Source of the DNA: an uncultured Alphaproteobacteria bacterium | Lineage (GTDB): Bacteria > Pseudomonadota > Alphaproteobacteria > RF32 > CAG-239 | DNA length: 64,000 bases | Reading direction: 5' to 3' | NCBI GenBank assembly: GCA_944393175.1 | Contig: CALXZH010000027.1 | Span: 54,926 to 118,925, forward strand | Shown here: one piece after another, positions 45,454 through 54,656 of the stretch | How the letters are laid out: every line of letters begins with the position of its first letter | Numbering within the stretch: the stretch's first letter is position 1 | Position numbers and translations under genes: made by a program | The notes under the pieces: generated by a model | The model's database searches: none | The model's input: the letters and a program-made list of their open reading frames with translations, nothing else | What the model was told of the DNA's origin: nothing

Positions 45454-46947
45454 ATGAAGCTGTTGCAAAAATATAAAAATAGTAATGTAGAAAGAATCGT
45501 CAATTTGGCAAAAACGAAACTCTCTCAGCTTCGTTATGTGCGCTTGGTTGTTAAACGCCGCAATAAACATAAAGTTATTGCCGTTGGCTATGCCGGTGCA
45601 ATTGCTATCGCTTTTATTTTGTCTTTGACAAATAACAGTAATGTTAATGCCTCCATTGCTCCTACAGATTCCATTAATTATATTATTCTAGAAAATACAC
45701 TAGATGACAGTTTGCAACAAAATGAAGTTGCCCCTTCTCTTTATCCGCAAAAATCAATCGAAAATATACGCTCCTTGCAAGATATGGTTGCCGTGCAAGA
45801 AAAAGAACAGCATATTGAAAAAGAATTAGTCGTTCAAAAAGGCGATACTTTTATTTCTTTATTGACCGATTTGGGCATGAACTATAATGATGCACATGGA
45901 ATTTACACAACTCTGAAAAAAGTTTATAATCCGGCCAATCTCAAAATCGGGCAAAAATTATTTGTCTCTCTTACCCAAGATACTGAAACAAACGCCTTAA
46001 TTTCACTTGACGGATTGGTGATTGAACCTAAAGTCGGGCATCGTTTTATCTTAGAAAAAAATGATCAAAATCAATATATTGCCAAAGTTGAAAAAGATGA
46101 ATTGTTAGAAGAGGTAAACAGTGCTACCGGTACTATTTCAGGCTCTTTATCCGTTTCTATGCGCAAGCAAGGTGTTCCGGGCAAAATTATTGCAAAATTC
46201 AGCAATTTATTTGGTGCTGCCGTGGATTTCAGACGTGATGTGAAAAACGGAGACAAATTTGAAGTTATTTATGAAAACCATATTACGCCAAGCGGTGAAA
46301 TTGTTAAAACCGGTAATATCATCTATGCAGGACTGATTTTACGTAAAGATAAATTGGAACTATTCCGTTTTACGGATTCAAAGGGAAATGTCGACTATTA
46401 TAACGAAAAAGGTTTGGCCATGAAGCGCACCCTGCATCGCAAGCCCCTGGCTTTCCAAAGAGCCCGCATTTCTTCTCCTTTCGGTAAAAGAAGACATCCG
46501 ATTTTGAAAAGAGTTATTATTCACTGGGGTGTGGATTATGCTGCTCCTAAAGGTACCGCAATTTACGCCGGTGGTGATGGCGTCGTACAAGTGGCGAAAT
46601 ATAACGGCGGTTACGGAAACTATATTAAAATCCGTCACAATTCCGAATACTCTACCGCTTACGGACATATGCAAAAATTTGCTAAAGGTATTCGTCCGGG
46701 CGTGCGTGTAAAGCAAGGACAAGTCATCGGTTATGTTGGCAGCACCGGTCGCTCAACAGGCCCTCACCTGCACTATGAGGTGGTTAAAAACGGAAGACGT
46801 GTTAATCCTTTGAAAATTAAAGCTGCTGCCGGTGAAAATCTTAAAGGCAACAATTTAAAGAGATTTAAGTCTCAAGTTGCAGAACTGAAGAAAACATATA
46901 ATACTATGTTTGCTCAAAATGAACCGGCAAAAGTAGCTAAAAAATAG
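45454..46947 (+). CDS. M23-family murein endopeptidase with an N-terminal anchor and OapA/LysM-like region
   Basis: HWGVDYAAPKGTAIYAGGDGVV...GNYIKIRH...YGHM...GSTGRSTGPHLHYEV. ATG at 45454; the track uses a TTG at 45427. Confidence 0.85.
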   Translation: MKLLQKYKNSNVERIVNLAKTKLSQLRYVRLVVKRRNKHKVIAVGYAGAIAIAFILSLTNNSNVNASIAPTDSINYIILENTLDDSLQQNEVAPSLYPQKSIENIRSLQDMVAVQEKEQHIEKELVVQKGDTFISLLTDLGMNYNDAHGIYTTLKKVYNPANLKIGQKLFVSLTQDTETNALISLDGLVIEPKVGHRFILEKNDQNQYIAKVEKDELLEEVNSATGTISGSLSVSMRKQGVPGKIIAKFSNLFGAAVDFRRDVKNGDKFEVIYENHITPSGEIVKTGNIIYAGLILRKDKLELFRFTDSKGNVDYYNEKGLAMKRTLHRKPLAFQRARISSPFGKRRHPILKRVIIHWGVDYAAPKGTAIYAGGDGVVQVAKYNGGYGNYIKIRHNSEYSTAYGHMQKFAKGIRPGVRVKQGQVIGYVGSTGRSTGPHLHYEVVKNGRRVNPLKIKAAAGENLKGNNLKRFKSQVAELKKTYNTMFAQNEPAKVAKK

Positions 46948-46957
46948 TTTGATATAT

Positions 46958-46997
46958 TAAAATCCCCTTATTCTTACCAATAAGGGGATTTTTTTTG
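46958..46997. terminator. Bidirectional intrinsic terminator
   Basis: ATCCCCTTA-N10-TAAGGGGAT followed by T8, between convergent genes. Confidence 0.75.
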
Positions 46998-47005
46998 ACT
47001 AAATC

Positions 47006-47674
47006 TTACATATAAGCTTGGTCTTCTAATTTTTGCTTATTTTGTAATTCAGTTGACTGTGTTACGGTTTCTAAATCCTCCAAAAACCATTCTATATCTC
47101 CGTCATCTTGGGCTATCATTTCGTAAAAGCGATTACGGTAGGATAGAATTAAGCTGCTTTCACCAAGTTTTAAGTCAATAATTCTTAACTTGCCATTTGT
47201 TTTGTTCAGACGGAATTCGACCAGAATATTTTGTAAATTTACATCTTTTACCTCTTGATTTAGATGAATATTCGCATAGACTTGCGCGTAGTCTCTTCTG
47301 ATTTGCGCTTTGGTAATGCTAAACGTAATTTGCGAAGTATCAAACTCAAGCGGAAAACTTTTATAAATGCTTAAGGCGTAGCGCGTGAAAATATCCTGAT
47401 AGCGTTGACGTTGTTCCGCACTCATTTGCCTCCAGTATTTGCCGACTACAAATTGCGCAATATAATTTAGGTCTATATCTTCCAAAAACATTTTATCAAG
47501 CGCTGCATAACGTTTTTCCAAGTCTGTTTCGGCAAATGTATTCAGCAATTGGTTGCCTTTTGCCTCAGCCCAGGATTTTGCTTCTGACGGAGTAATCGTA
47601 TCAGCTTGCGCCGGAATACTCATAAATAAACCTAAACTTAATATGATAACTCGTAAAAAAATCTTACTTTTCAT
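47006..47674 (-). CDS. MlaC/Ttg2D-family periplasmic phospholipid-binding protein
   Basis: Signal peptide, then DLNYIAQFVVGKYWRQMSAEQRQRYQDIFTRY, which is typical of MlaC. Confidence 0.75.
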   Translation of the reverse strand: MKSKIFLRVIILSLGLFMSIPAQADTITPSEAKSWAEAKGNQLLNTFAETDLEKRYAALDKMFLEDIDLNYIAQFVVGKYWRQMSAEQRQRYQDIFTRYALSIYKSFPLEFDTSQITFSITKAQIRRDYAQVYANIHLNQEVKDVNLQNILVEFRLNKTNGKLRIIDLKLGESSLILSYRNRFYEMIAQDDGDIEWFLEDLETVTQSTELQNKQKLEDQAYM

Positions 47675-47734
47675 AAATTTTGCCTTATATTGCTATATAT
47701 CTGGATAGATTGTACAACATAATTGGTTAATAAA

Positions 47735-48760
47735 ATGAAACTTTTTCCGCTGTTTATTGGTTTGGGATGTTTTTTAGGCTTAACGATTGACGCTTATGCC
47801 GCTGACGACGCAGGTTTACGTTTTATTCAAACGAGGGGGAGTGTTCGTTGCGGAACAGATTTGCAATCAAAGTCTTTTGCTTATAAAGATGAAGACGGTT
47901 TCTGGCACGGAATTGATGTTGATTTTTGCAAAGCCTTATCCTTTGCCGTGTTTAATCGAGGCGACCGTTTTAAAATGGTTGATGTGAAGCCTGAAAATGT
48001 TAATCAAGCCCTAAACACAAATAAAATTGACGTGATGTTCAGCGGAACTTCGTTTTCCGCCAAAGATGAAATTTCTTATAAATTTATGCCGGCCGATTTA
48101 ATATATTATGACACGCAGTCCTTTTTGGCTCGTAACATTGCAAACGCTACCTCAATGGAAGCCTATAAAGGATCTAAGGTCTGCGTTGTGGCCGATTCAA
48201 ATGATTATAATAATGTATTAAATTTCAGTGATACTTACAAACTTGACTTTAAACTCTTGACTTTCAAACTAAAAAGACGTGCAGAAGAAGCATTTTTGTT
48301 AAATCGGTGTCAAATTCTGACCGGAAGTTCGTTAACTCTCAAGGCAATAAAGGAAAATCGGTTTAAGGATACAAGCGATGTGGTGGTATTGCCTGAAAAT
48401 ATTGCAATCAAACCTATTTACGCAACGGTTGCCAAGGATAATAATACACTCAGAATTATTGTTAAATGGGTGTTCAATGCCTTAAAATTGGCTGAAGAAC
48501 ATGACATTACTTCCAGCAACATAAATGTCTTTATCGGAGAGAAAGACTTGTCTTTACAAAATTTATTGGGAGATAATCCTCAGCTATGGCAAAAATTCGG
48601 GCTTAATCCAAACTGGATGAGAAAAGCAATTGCCGATATTGGCAATTATGGTGAAATTTATGAAAGAAATCTGGGTAGCGGCTCAAACTTCAATATTGAG
48701 CGAAAAGAAAACAATCTCATTAAAAACGGAGGGTTAATTATCTCCGAGCCGTTCCTTTAA
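47735..48760 (+). CDS. Amino-acid ABC transporter substrate-binding protein (AapJ/BztA-like)
   Basis: Signal peptide, then GSVRCGTDLQSKSFAYKDEDGFWHGIDVDFCKAL. ATG at 47735. Confidence 0.8.
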   Translation: MKLFPLFIGLGCFLGLTIDAYAADDAGLRFIQTRGSVRCGTDLQSKSFAYKDEDGFWHGIDVDFCKALSFAVFNRGDRFKMVDVKPENVNQALNTNKIDVMFSGTSFSAKDEISYKFMPADLIYYDTQSFLARNIANATSMEAYKGSKVCVVADSNDYNNVLNFSDTYKLDFKLLTFKLKRRAEEAFLLNRCQILTGSSLTLKAIKENRFKDTSDVVVLPENIAIKPIYATVAKDNNTLRIIVKWVFNALKLAEEHDITSSNINVFIGEKDLSLQNLLGDNPQLWQKFGLNPNWMRKAIADIGNYGEIYERNLGSGSNFNIERKENNLIKNGGLIISEPFL

Positions 48761-49457
48761 TGTGTTGCATAATGAACTTTTTGGCGGCATTTAACCCATC
48801 TTCCGTTATGCGATGTTGTCCATCCGCAACGCTATAGGTTTTTACTTTGCAACCGTAGCTTTTCAACTTTTCTTTCGTATAATCCATTACAGAATATCTG
48901 ACCAAATTATCCGCCGTGCCATGGACAAGCAGAAAGTCAGGCGTATTGGGGTGATGTTTGGTAAAAAATCCCGACGCCGTTAACAAGCCGCTGAAACTTA
49001 TACAGCCGCCGACTTTTTCCTCCAGCCGCAATGCCGTATAAATTGCCAGCATTGCCCCTTGCGAAAATCCGCAGATAAATAAGTCTTTATAATCTAACTC
49101 ATAGAGATTCAAGCAATTATCTATATAGCGCCGCAAAATATTATAACTTTCTTCAAAGCCCGGCGTCATTTTTTCATAGAAAGCAAGGCATTCTTCTAAG
49201 CTCGGAACGGTTTTTCTTTCATCATCGGGATCGAAACGATGCATTGAAAACCATTGGCGTTTTTTTTCGTGAATTTCACATAACAAGGGGGCTTCGGGAA
49301 TGTGAAAGGCTGTATTATCAAAGCTGTCCGCAAAAGCTTCTATGCGATGATTTAAGCATTCACAGTTATCTATATAACCATGCAGAAAGATAATTAATTT
49401 TTGCGGAAGGCCTTTAACGTGGGCTATTTCTTCCGTGATTTCGCCTTTCATCTCCAA
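48738..49457 (-). CDS. Alpha/beta-hydrolase, phospholipase/carboxylesterase family
   Basis: LIIFLHGY, the GFSQGA nucleophile elbow, and VHGTADNLV. Confidence 0.8.
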   Translation of the reverse strand: MEMKGEITEEIAHVKGLPQKLIIFLHGYIDNCECLNHRIEAFADSFDNTAFHIPEAPLLCEIHEKKRQWFSMHRFDPDDERKTVPSLEECLAFYEKMTPGFEESYNILRRYIDNCLNLYELDYKDLFICGFSQGAMLAIYTALRLEEKVGGCISFSGLLTASGFFTKHHPNTPDFLLVHGTADNLVRYSVMDYTKEKLKSYGCKVKTYSVADGQHRITEDGLNAAKKFIMQHIKGTARR

Positions 49458-49523
49458 CCTTTTATGTTTTTTGTTTTTTTAGAAGTTAGCCCGAATGTCT
49501 TAAAATTTTCTTAATAGCAGATA

Positions 49524-49560
49524 TAAAAAAATTCTACTCCGCCGTATATAACGGCGGAGT
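49524..49560 (-). terminator. Intrinsic terminator closing the phage-like operon
   Basis: ACTCCGCCGT-atata-ACGGCGGAGT, followed in the minus sense by T7, and 10 nt after the stop at 49570. Confidence 0.7.
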
Positions 49561-49569
49561 AAGTATGCT

Positions 49570-49968
49570 TTATTTTAGTAAGCTTTGCGTTGCATTCAAC
49601 AATCCGTTTACGGTATTGCTGCGAATTTTATATTTGGTATTTATTTTATTGGTTTTATACTGATTATAATAATTATAGTCATCTTCTGCTATGTCTTTGT
49701 AGCCTTGGTAAGCTTCACGATTTTGTTCGGCGGCGGCTGAACCATCTCCGCTTAACCCCATTGCTGCGACACGAGCTCGTCTTTGTGCCAAATTTTGCTC
49801 CAAGATATTGGTTTTTCTTTCACGATTTGCCTGTTGGTCATGGACTAATTTATTTTGTTCCATTTTATAATTTTTTTGCATATTGCGATTATCTTCAACC
49901 ATATTATACAAGTCTTGCGCACTGGCTAAGCCCTTGCTGGCATTTTCCATTGTCATTAATTGTCCCAT
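49570..49968 (-). CDS. Phage-cluster hypothetical protein (Q/N-rich, helical)
   Basis: 132-aa ORF, last in the operon. I recognise no family. Confidence 0.45.
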   Translation of the reverse strand: MGQLMTMENASKGLASAQDLYNMVEDNRNMQKNYKMEQNKLVHDQQANRERKTNILEQNLAQRRARVAAMGLSGDGSAAAEQNREAYQGYKDIAEDDYNYYNQYKTNKINTKYKIRSNTVNGLLNATQSLLK

Positions 49969-49979
49969 AGTTTTTCTCC

Positions 49980-51884
49980 TTACTCTTTTAATTTAATTTC
50001 TACCACGGCTGAAAGCAGGGTAAACGATAACGGTTCATCACTTTTGATACTCCACATCGGCTTATCCATATCACGTATCCAACCTATGGCTCTCATTTGA
50101 ACATCTCCCGAATAGGTCATCGGCGGAGCGTCAAAAATTTTATCTTGATGTATTCGTTTTAGCGGATACTGGAAATATCCTCCGCCAATATCAATACATA
50201 AAGATTTACTGTTGATTATACGGAATCTGGCGTTTATTACTCTTAGTGCTTTAGGGGCATAAGGTCTTTCGCTTTCTACCATATAAGGTAAAGGCTCTAT
50301 CCAGTGTTCATAAGGTATGCCGACAAGTAATTCGTCGGCTTCATCCAAAAGGTGAATTTCTCCCTCCTCTACCGGAAATTTGCCTAAACTAAATCCATTT
50401 GCCAAAACAACGACTTCTTCTCCTTCCAAATGTTCCAACCCGCTCCAATCTCTTTGCGGTTGTTCGGAAGTTAAGCGAATGGCACAATCCGAATAATAAT
50501 CATCAGCCAATTTTTCAAGAAAATAGCCATTTTGACGTTTGACACAAAAATATACGTTGTTGCCGATTACGGCAACTGACAAAAACTTGCCTTTGGTTGT
50601 TAATTTGCTCCAAGCGGTCACTTCTTCGGTTCGGTAGCTGGTCAGACTGGAAACACTGCCATCTTCCAAAACAATATAAAGGACACACTCATTGGCATCA
50701 AAGCTTATATCTCGAGGAGATGCTATAATATCATTGGAAAGAATCGTTAAATCCTTAGCCTGATAAGCTTGCTCAACATCTGCATAGAGAAATTCTCTTA
50801 ACTGACGACCATTTCGGGAAACAAATACCGTAGCACCATCTATTTGCTGAGGCATAAGAATTTTGTCGGAATACATACCGACGCTGGTTTGCCGTTTGAG
50901 CTGAATATTTTCAGGCGTCAAAGGTTCTCCGGTCACCATCCATTCAGCCCCGGTGGTAAATACAAGTAAGTGACGGCTCGAAACAACGGCTTTGATTGCA
51001 TTGACCTGGTCAGATAAAATGCCAAACTCAATTGCTTCATCGTCTAATGCATCGCCTAAGTCAAAATTAAACAAATCCGATGATTTTGAAAGCCATAAGC
51101 GGTTTGGCAAATCTCGCGATCCTCCGATAACCATGCGGTTTTGGTGGAAAGTAACTGAAACAGGCCAGCCTCTTGCATTTGAAAAAGCAGCCTCGGCCCA
51201 GTCGTTGGTAACATCCGTCGAAGTAAAATTTTTTAAAACAGTGGCTTCTACTACCTTAGCACTTGTTACCTTTGTTATCTTGGCCAGACCTTTCTGATAC
51301 TTAATATAGCTTCCGGCTTGACTGGACATCCAGATATCTGTTTCTGAGCTCAAGGTAACATTTCCACTGCCTCCGTTGGCCCAAATTTTAGGCTTTTTTT
51401 GATAAAAATTATAGAATGGCATAAAAATCATTCCTGCATCATCACTATAATATTCCCAATCTTCAATTTTCCAGACTTCATTATTATTTCTGGTGATTTG
51501 TTTAGGCGCTACATCGGGATGAACTATCAAAAATGTATCGGCACTTTGAGTATAGTTGAGCTGCCAAAGCTGATCTCCCGACCAAGGTGTTGTCAGTTCT
51601 GCTATGATGTTATCATCTTTAAGAACTTGCAGCTTATTATCCGTAAGGCATAACAGATATATTTGCTCTGTATTAAACTCAAACGGAAGCAGGCGAAGCG
51701 GCTTATCGACTTTGCTTACAAACTGCAAACCTTTTCTACGAGATACGCCTCCGGTGGGGTGAATTATTACATTTTCAAGATGCCTCGCGCCGTTGGCATA
51801 AACTCTCAAATCGCCTCGACCCAGCAAATCAGTCGACATTTGTCCCGCGGTAAAATTGGTTTTAACAGATCCTAAGTTACTCAT
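49980..51884 (-). CDS. Tail tubular protein B-like (T7 gp12 position)
   Basis: 634 aa, directly after the gp11-like gene with an ATGA overlap. The N terminus NFTAGQMSTDLLGRGDLRVYANGARHLENVIIHPTGGVSRRKG resembles podoviral nozzle proteins as I recall them. Confidence 0.5.
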   Translation of the reverse strand: MSNLGSVKTNFTAGQMSTDLLGRGDLRVYANGARHLENVIIHPTGGVSRRKGLQFVSKVDKPLRLLPFEFNTEQIYLLCLTDNKLQVLKDDNIIAELTTPWSGDQLWQLNYTQSADTFLIVHPDVAPKQITRNNNEVWKIEDWEYYSDDAGMIFMPFYNFYQKKPKIWANGGSGNVTLSSETDIWMSSQAGSYIKYQKGLAKITKVTSAKVVEATVLKNFTSTDVTNDWAEAAFSNARGWPVSVTFHQNRMVIGGSRDLPNRLWLSKSSDLFNFDLGDALDDEAIEFGILSDQVNAIKAVVSSRHLLVFTTGAEWMVTGEPLTPENIQLKRQTSVGMYSDKILMPQQIDGATVFVSRNGRQLREFLYADVEQAYQAKDLTILSNDIIASPRDISFDANECVLYIVLEDGSVSSLTSYRTEEVTAWSKLTTKGKFLSVAVIGNNVYFCVKRQNGYFLEKLADDYYSDCAIRLTSEQPQRDWSGLEHLEGEEVVVLANGFSLGKFPVEEGEIHLLDEADELLVGIPYEHWIEPLPYMVESERPYAPKALRVINARFRIINSKSLCIDIGGGYFQYPLKRIHQDKIFDAPPMTYSGDVQMRAIGWIRDMDKPMWSIKSDEPLSFTLLSAVVEIKLKE

Positions 51885-52450
51885 AACCTTGCCTCCATTA
51901 ATGAATAGTCTTCCAAGGTTCTCGGGGTTCCTTGTTGGGCGTCGGTCAACCGCGCCTTATTGATGGTTTCTTCGGCCAATTTTTCAAGTAACTCCGCGCG
52001 TGTGGTACTTTCGGTCAAAGGCAAACAAAATTCTGCCGCCAATTTGGCCGTTAATGCTTCGCAAAAAAATGCCGGAAACGTACTCTCATGTGGGCGAAAA
52101 ATATAACTTAAGCTAACATTTTCGGCATTTGTATGCAGCCTGTTCTCATAAATTCTGTATTCGATGCCCCTGCCCCTTTTGCCGCTTCCGGCTGAGATAA
52201 CGCGTAAAAAATCGTTGGGCAGCAAATATGCATACTGATAATCGGCTACAGGTACATTATTTAATCTGGGCAAAGTTTTTTGTGCTTTGGCAAAACTCCA
52301 CGGATAAGAAGATAACAGACTATCACGAATCAGAGGATACAAGCTGTAAGCTATCTCTGCTTCAGCCGTGCCGTCTTCAAACGAGGTAATGCCTTCCGCG
52401 CCGATTTTCAGTAATGCATTGGAACATATCCCTATATTGGTATAACTCAT
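51881..52450 (-). CDS. Tail tubular protein A / adaptor-like (T7 gp11-like)
   Basis: ICSNALLKIGAEGITSFEDGTAEAEIAYSLYPLIRDSLLSSYPWSFA parallels the gp11 N-terminal pattern (N.iL..iG...vssle......a......l.s.gW.Fn). ATG at 52450 follows a GGAG SD. Confidence 0.55.
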   Translation of the reverse strand: MSYTNIGICSNALLKIGAEGITSFEDGTAEAEIAYSLYPLIRDSLLSSYPWSFAKAQKTLPRLNNVPVADYQYAYLLPNDFLRVISAGSGKRGRGIEYRIYENRLHTNAENVSLSYIFRPHESTFPAFFCEALTAKLAAEFCLPLTESTTRAELLEKLAEETINKARLTDAQQGTPRTLEDYSLMEARL

Positions 52451-52460
52451 AAACTTCTCC

Positions 52461-52501
52461 ATATAAAAAAGGAGAAACCTTTAATGCATAAAGGTTTCTC
52501 C
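52461..52501 (-). terminator. Strong hairpin plus T-run between the head and tail-tube genes
   Basis: 13-bp perfect stem GGAGAAACCTTTA-atgca-TAAAGGTTTCTCC, followed in the minus sense by TTTTTTATAT. Confidence 0.5.
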
Positions 52502-52531
52502 TGCCTTTGCTATTAATGTTATATAACTTTA

Positions 52532-52789
52532 CTAGGCCGCAGCTGAAGTAAAGTCTGATACTGTGACGGCACCATCGCTAATAGATGTTACGGCCAAAAT
52601 TGCCGGTGTAACCGTACTTTGGTTATCGGCAACGGTCAGTATCATATCTCCTAAACGCGCAAACGGGGCAATATCATCAAAATAATTTGCTCCCTTGACG
52701 GTGCTTAAGGAATCTGAGGTGGTGTAATTCCAAAGCGTAAAACCATTGGCATAGGCCATTACACTAAAATCTTTTGACATAAACGACAT
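52532..52789 (-). CDS. Small virion-module protein (85 aa), function unknown
   Basis: ATG at 52789 follows a GGAG SD and lies 11 nt after the capsid stop. Confidence 0.45.
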   Translation of the reverse strand: MSFMSKDFSVMAYANGFTLWNYTTSDSLSTVKGANYFDDIAPFARLGDMILTVADNQSTVTPAILAVTSISDGAVTVSDFTSAAA

Positions 52790-52800
52790 ATTATTTCTCC

Positions 52801-53640
52801 TTATTCGCTGATTGAAGATTCTTCTTTGCATTTAATACGAACGACACCGGTCGGATCAATTAAGCATGCGCCTTGGCTCATCATATTATTAACAAAGTGA
52901 GCTGCATGGTCACCGTGCCATGTGATGTCGCTTTGGACATCTTTGCCGCAAGCATGACCGACTGCTGTTTTATGGAAAATAAAGCATTGACGCTCCGTTC
53001 CGTTTAAGGGCAAACCGGTATGCATAATCCAGTTGATACCTAACCATTTGCGGCTTTCGGTTCCTTTTAAGAACGGAAGATTATCGCCGGCATAATCCGA
53101 ATTTGAGAACTCGGCAATATTGAGCAAGGCATTCCATTGGTAAGGGCCTACCAAACCAAAACGTTGTCCGTCATCGGGAACATCGTTTGAGTTTAATTTG
53201 GCAAAGGCATCCAAAATGTCTTTTTTGCTCATAGCCAAGCTATAATCTCCAACATCATTATCTTCGGGGGCTTTGCTCAAGGCTTCAATAATCAATTCAT
53301 CGGTTTTGCGACCCAAGGCATAAGCACCGGAATTGGCAATGACGCGGCGCTCATCAATGCTGACTTTTAATTCATCCAAAGCATCTACCCAATCGCCGGC
53401 ATAGTAATCTTGAAGTTCACACTCTATCGGGGTATGGTCCAAAGACATTACCGGGACTAAACCATGGCGTGCTTTTTGTGAGGCCGTACCTTTGCCTACC
53501 TTTTGAAAGACTGTTGATGAGCCTTTGACATTGTTTTTGGTTCGAACCGCATTTCTCAATTTTGAGCCGTTTTGTTGGTAAGCCAAATGCACATCGGCTT
53601 CAAATTGTTTGATAAAGGATTCGGTTATTTGTGTTGACAT
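52801..53640 (-). CDS. Phage major capsid protein
   Basis: 279 aa, with a strong AGGAGG SD, positioned after the scaffold. FIKQFEADVHLAYQQNGSKLRNAVRTKNNVKGSSTVF...DYYAGDWVDALDELK...GRKTDELIIEAL resembles podoviral (BPP-1/N4-type) coat proteins as I recall them. Confidence 0.75.
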   Translation of the reverse strand: MSTQITESFIKQFEADVHLAYQQNGSKLRNAVRTKNNVKGSSTVFQKVGKGTASQKARHGLVPVMSLDHTPIECELQDYYAGDWVDALDELKVSIDERRVIANSGAYALGRKTDELIIEALSKAPEDNDVGDYSLAMSKKDILDAFAKLNSNDVPDDGQRFGLVGPYQWNALLNIAEFSNSDYAGDNLPFLKGTESRKWLGINWIMHTGLPLNGTERQCFIFHKTAVGHACGKDVQSDITWHGDHAAHFVNNMMSQGACLIDPTGVVRIKCKEESSISE

Positions 53641-53670
53641 ATTTTCCTCCTATTTGTGATTAACCTATAT

Positions 53671-53702
53671 AAAAAAGCCCTGAAAAGGTTTATTTTTCAG
53701 GG
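53671..53702 (-). terminator. Hairpin plus T-run overlapping the scaffold stop, upstream of the capsid gene
   Basis: CCCTGAAAA-ggtttat-TTTTCAGGG, followed in the minus sense by CTTTTTT. Confidence 0.4.
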
Positions 53703-54412
53703 TAGAGTTTTTCAAATCCGCGCGTAATCTTATTGATATAAGCACTGTCTTTGTCGCGCCAGTAACGCGGATCTTCCATCATCTTGCGTAAGGTCTGTTC
53801 GCTCAACTCGCCTTCATAGCCGTTGTCTTTGCTAAGTATCGGTTCGTTAGACGACATCATCTTATACAAGGCTATTACGCCTTCGGCCGTTGAACCTAAA
53901 GCGTCATAGACTTCCGTGCTCAAATTTTGCTTTGCCCAAGCTGCCAGTTGGCGAGAAACTTCATCAAATCTTTCTTGCCCGCCAAAATAATTTATCAGTT
54001 TGGAAAGTTGCTTTTGAGCCTCAAAGTTTACGGTCAACTGGTCTAAGACCGGAATGACACGTTCATTAGCCAAGTCATAAACAAATTGTGCTTGATCGTT
54101 GGTGAAGCCATGTTCATAAAATTGTTTGAACAATTCTTCATCTCGGTCCAACAATTCGTTGGGAATGTTTATCTGATATTTATCATAACTTTCCGGCATA
54201 TTGCGGTTATGGGTTTCTATCAGATTTTCATCTCTGATGGCCATAGAATTATAATCATCTATCAATTCTTGGAGTTTGACCGTTTGTGTGGCCTCATCCC
54301 AAAATTTTGGCGGCAAATTTGCAGGTTTGCCGTTGGTTTGAGATGGAAAGCCTGAATTTTGCTGTGCGGCAAGATTCATTGCGTTGAAATTTTCAACTGG
54401 TTTTTCTTTCAT
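53690..54412 (-). CDS. Probable capsid scaffolding protein
   Basis: 240-aa acidic, helical protein between the portal and capsid genes. The call is positional. Confidence 0.5.
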   Translation of the reverse strand: MKEKPVENFNAMNLAAQQNSGFPSQTNGKPANLPPKFWDEATQTVKLQELIDDYNSMAIRDENLIETHNRNMPESYDKYQINIPNELLDRDEELFKQFYEHGFTNDQAQFVYDLANERVIPVLDQLTVNFEAQKQLSKLINYFGGQERFDEVSRQLAAWAKQNLSTEVYDALGSTAEGVIALYKMMSSNEPILSKDNGYEGELSEQTLRKMMEDPRYWRDKDSAYINKITRGFEKLYPEK

Positions 54413-54431
54413 CTTTTTTTCCTTTCTTTGG

Positions 54432-54656
54432 TTAATTTTCGTCTGATATCTTGTTTTGGATTATTGCAACCAGATGTCTTTGGCCTTCCAGATGACGCAA
54501 AGCATCAGAAGAACTTTCCGGTCCCAAGTATCTCTCTTGAGTCAGACGTTTTAGGTAAGAGAGGACTATTTGCCCCTCTCTGCTCGAAAAGCATTTTACA
54601 AATGCTTCACGAATTTGTGCTTCCGACATTTGTCGGGTATCATACAGCGGCAACAT
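54432..54656 (-). CDS. Small phage protein, possibly Bbp19-like
   Basis: FVKCFSSREGQIVLSYLKRLT resembles the Bbp19-type motif as I recall it. ATG at 54656 has a GGAG SD; the track start at 54677 is a TTG. Confidence 0.4.
   Translation of the reverse strand: MLPLYDTRQMSEAQIREAFVKCFSSREGQIVLSYLKRLTQERYLGPESSSDALRHLEGQRHLVAIIQNKISDEN

Noticed and set aside
45164-49569. tRNA-Asp as the attachment site of the 49.5-60.9 kb phage-like cluster
   Set aside because: About 4.3 kb of ordinary cellular genes (M23 peptidase, MlaC-like, amino-acid-binding protein, esterase) separate them. The tRNA 3' end and its duplicated fragment also point away from the cluster.
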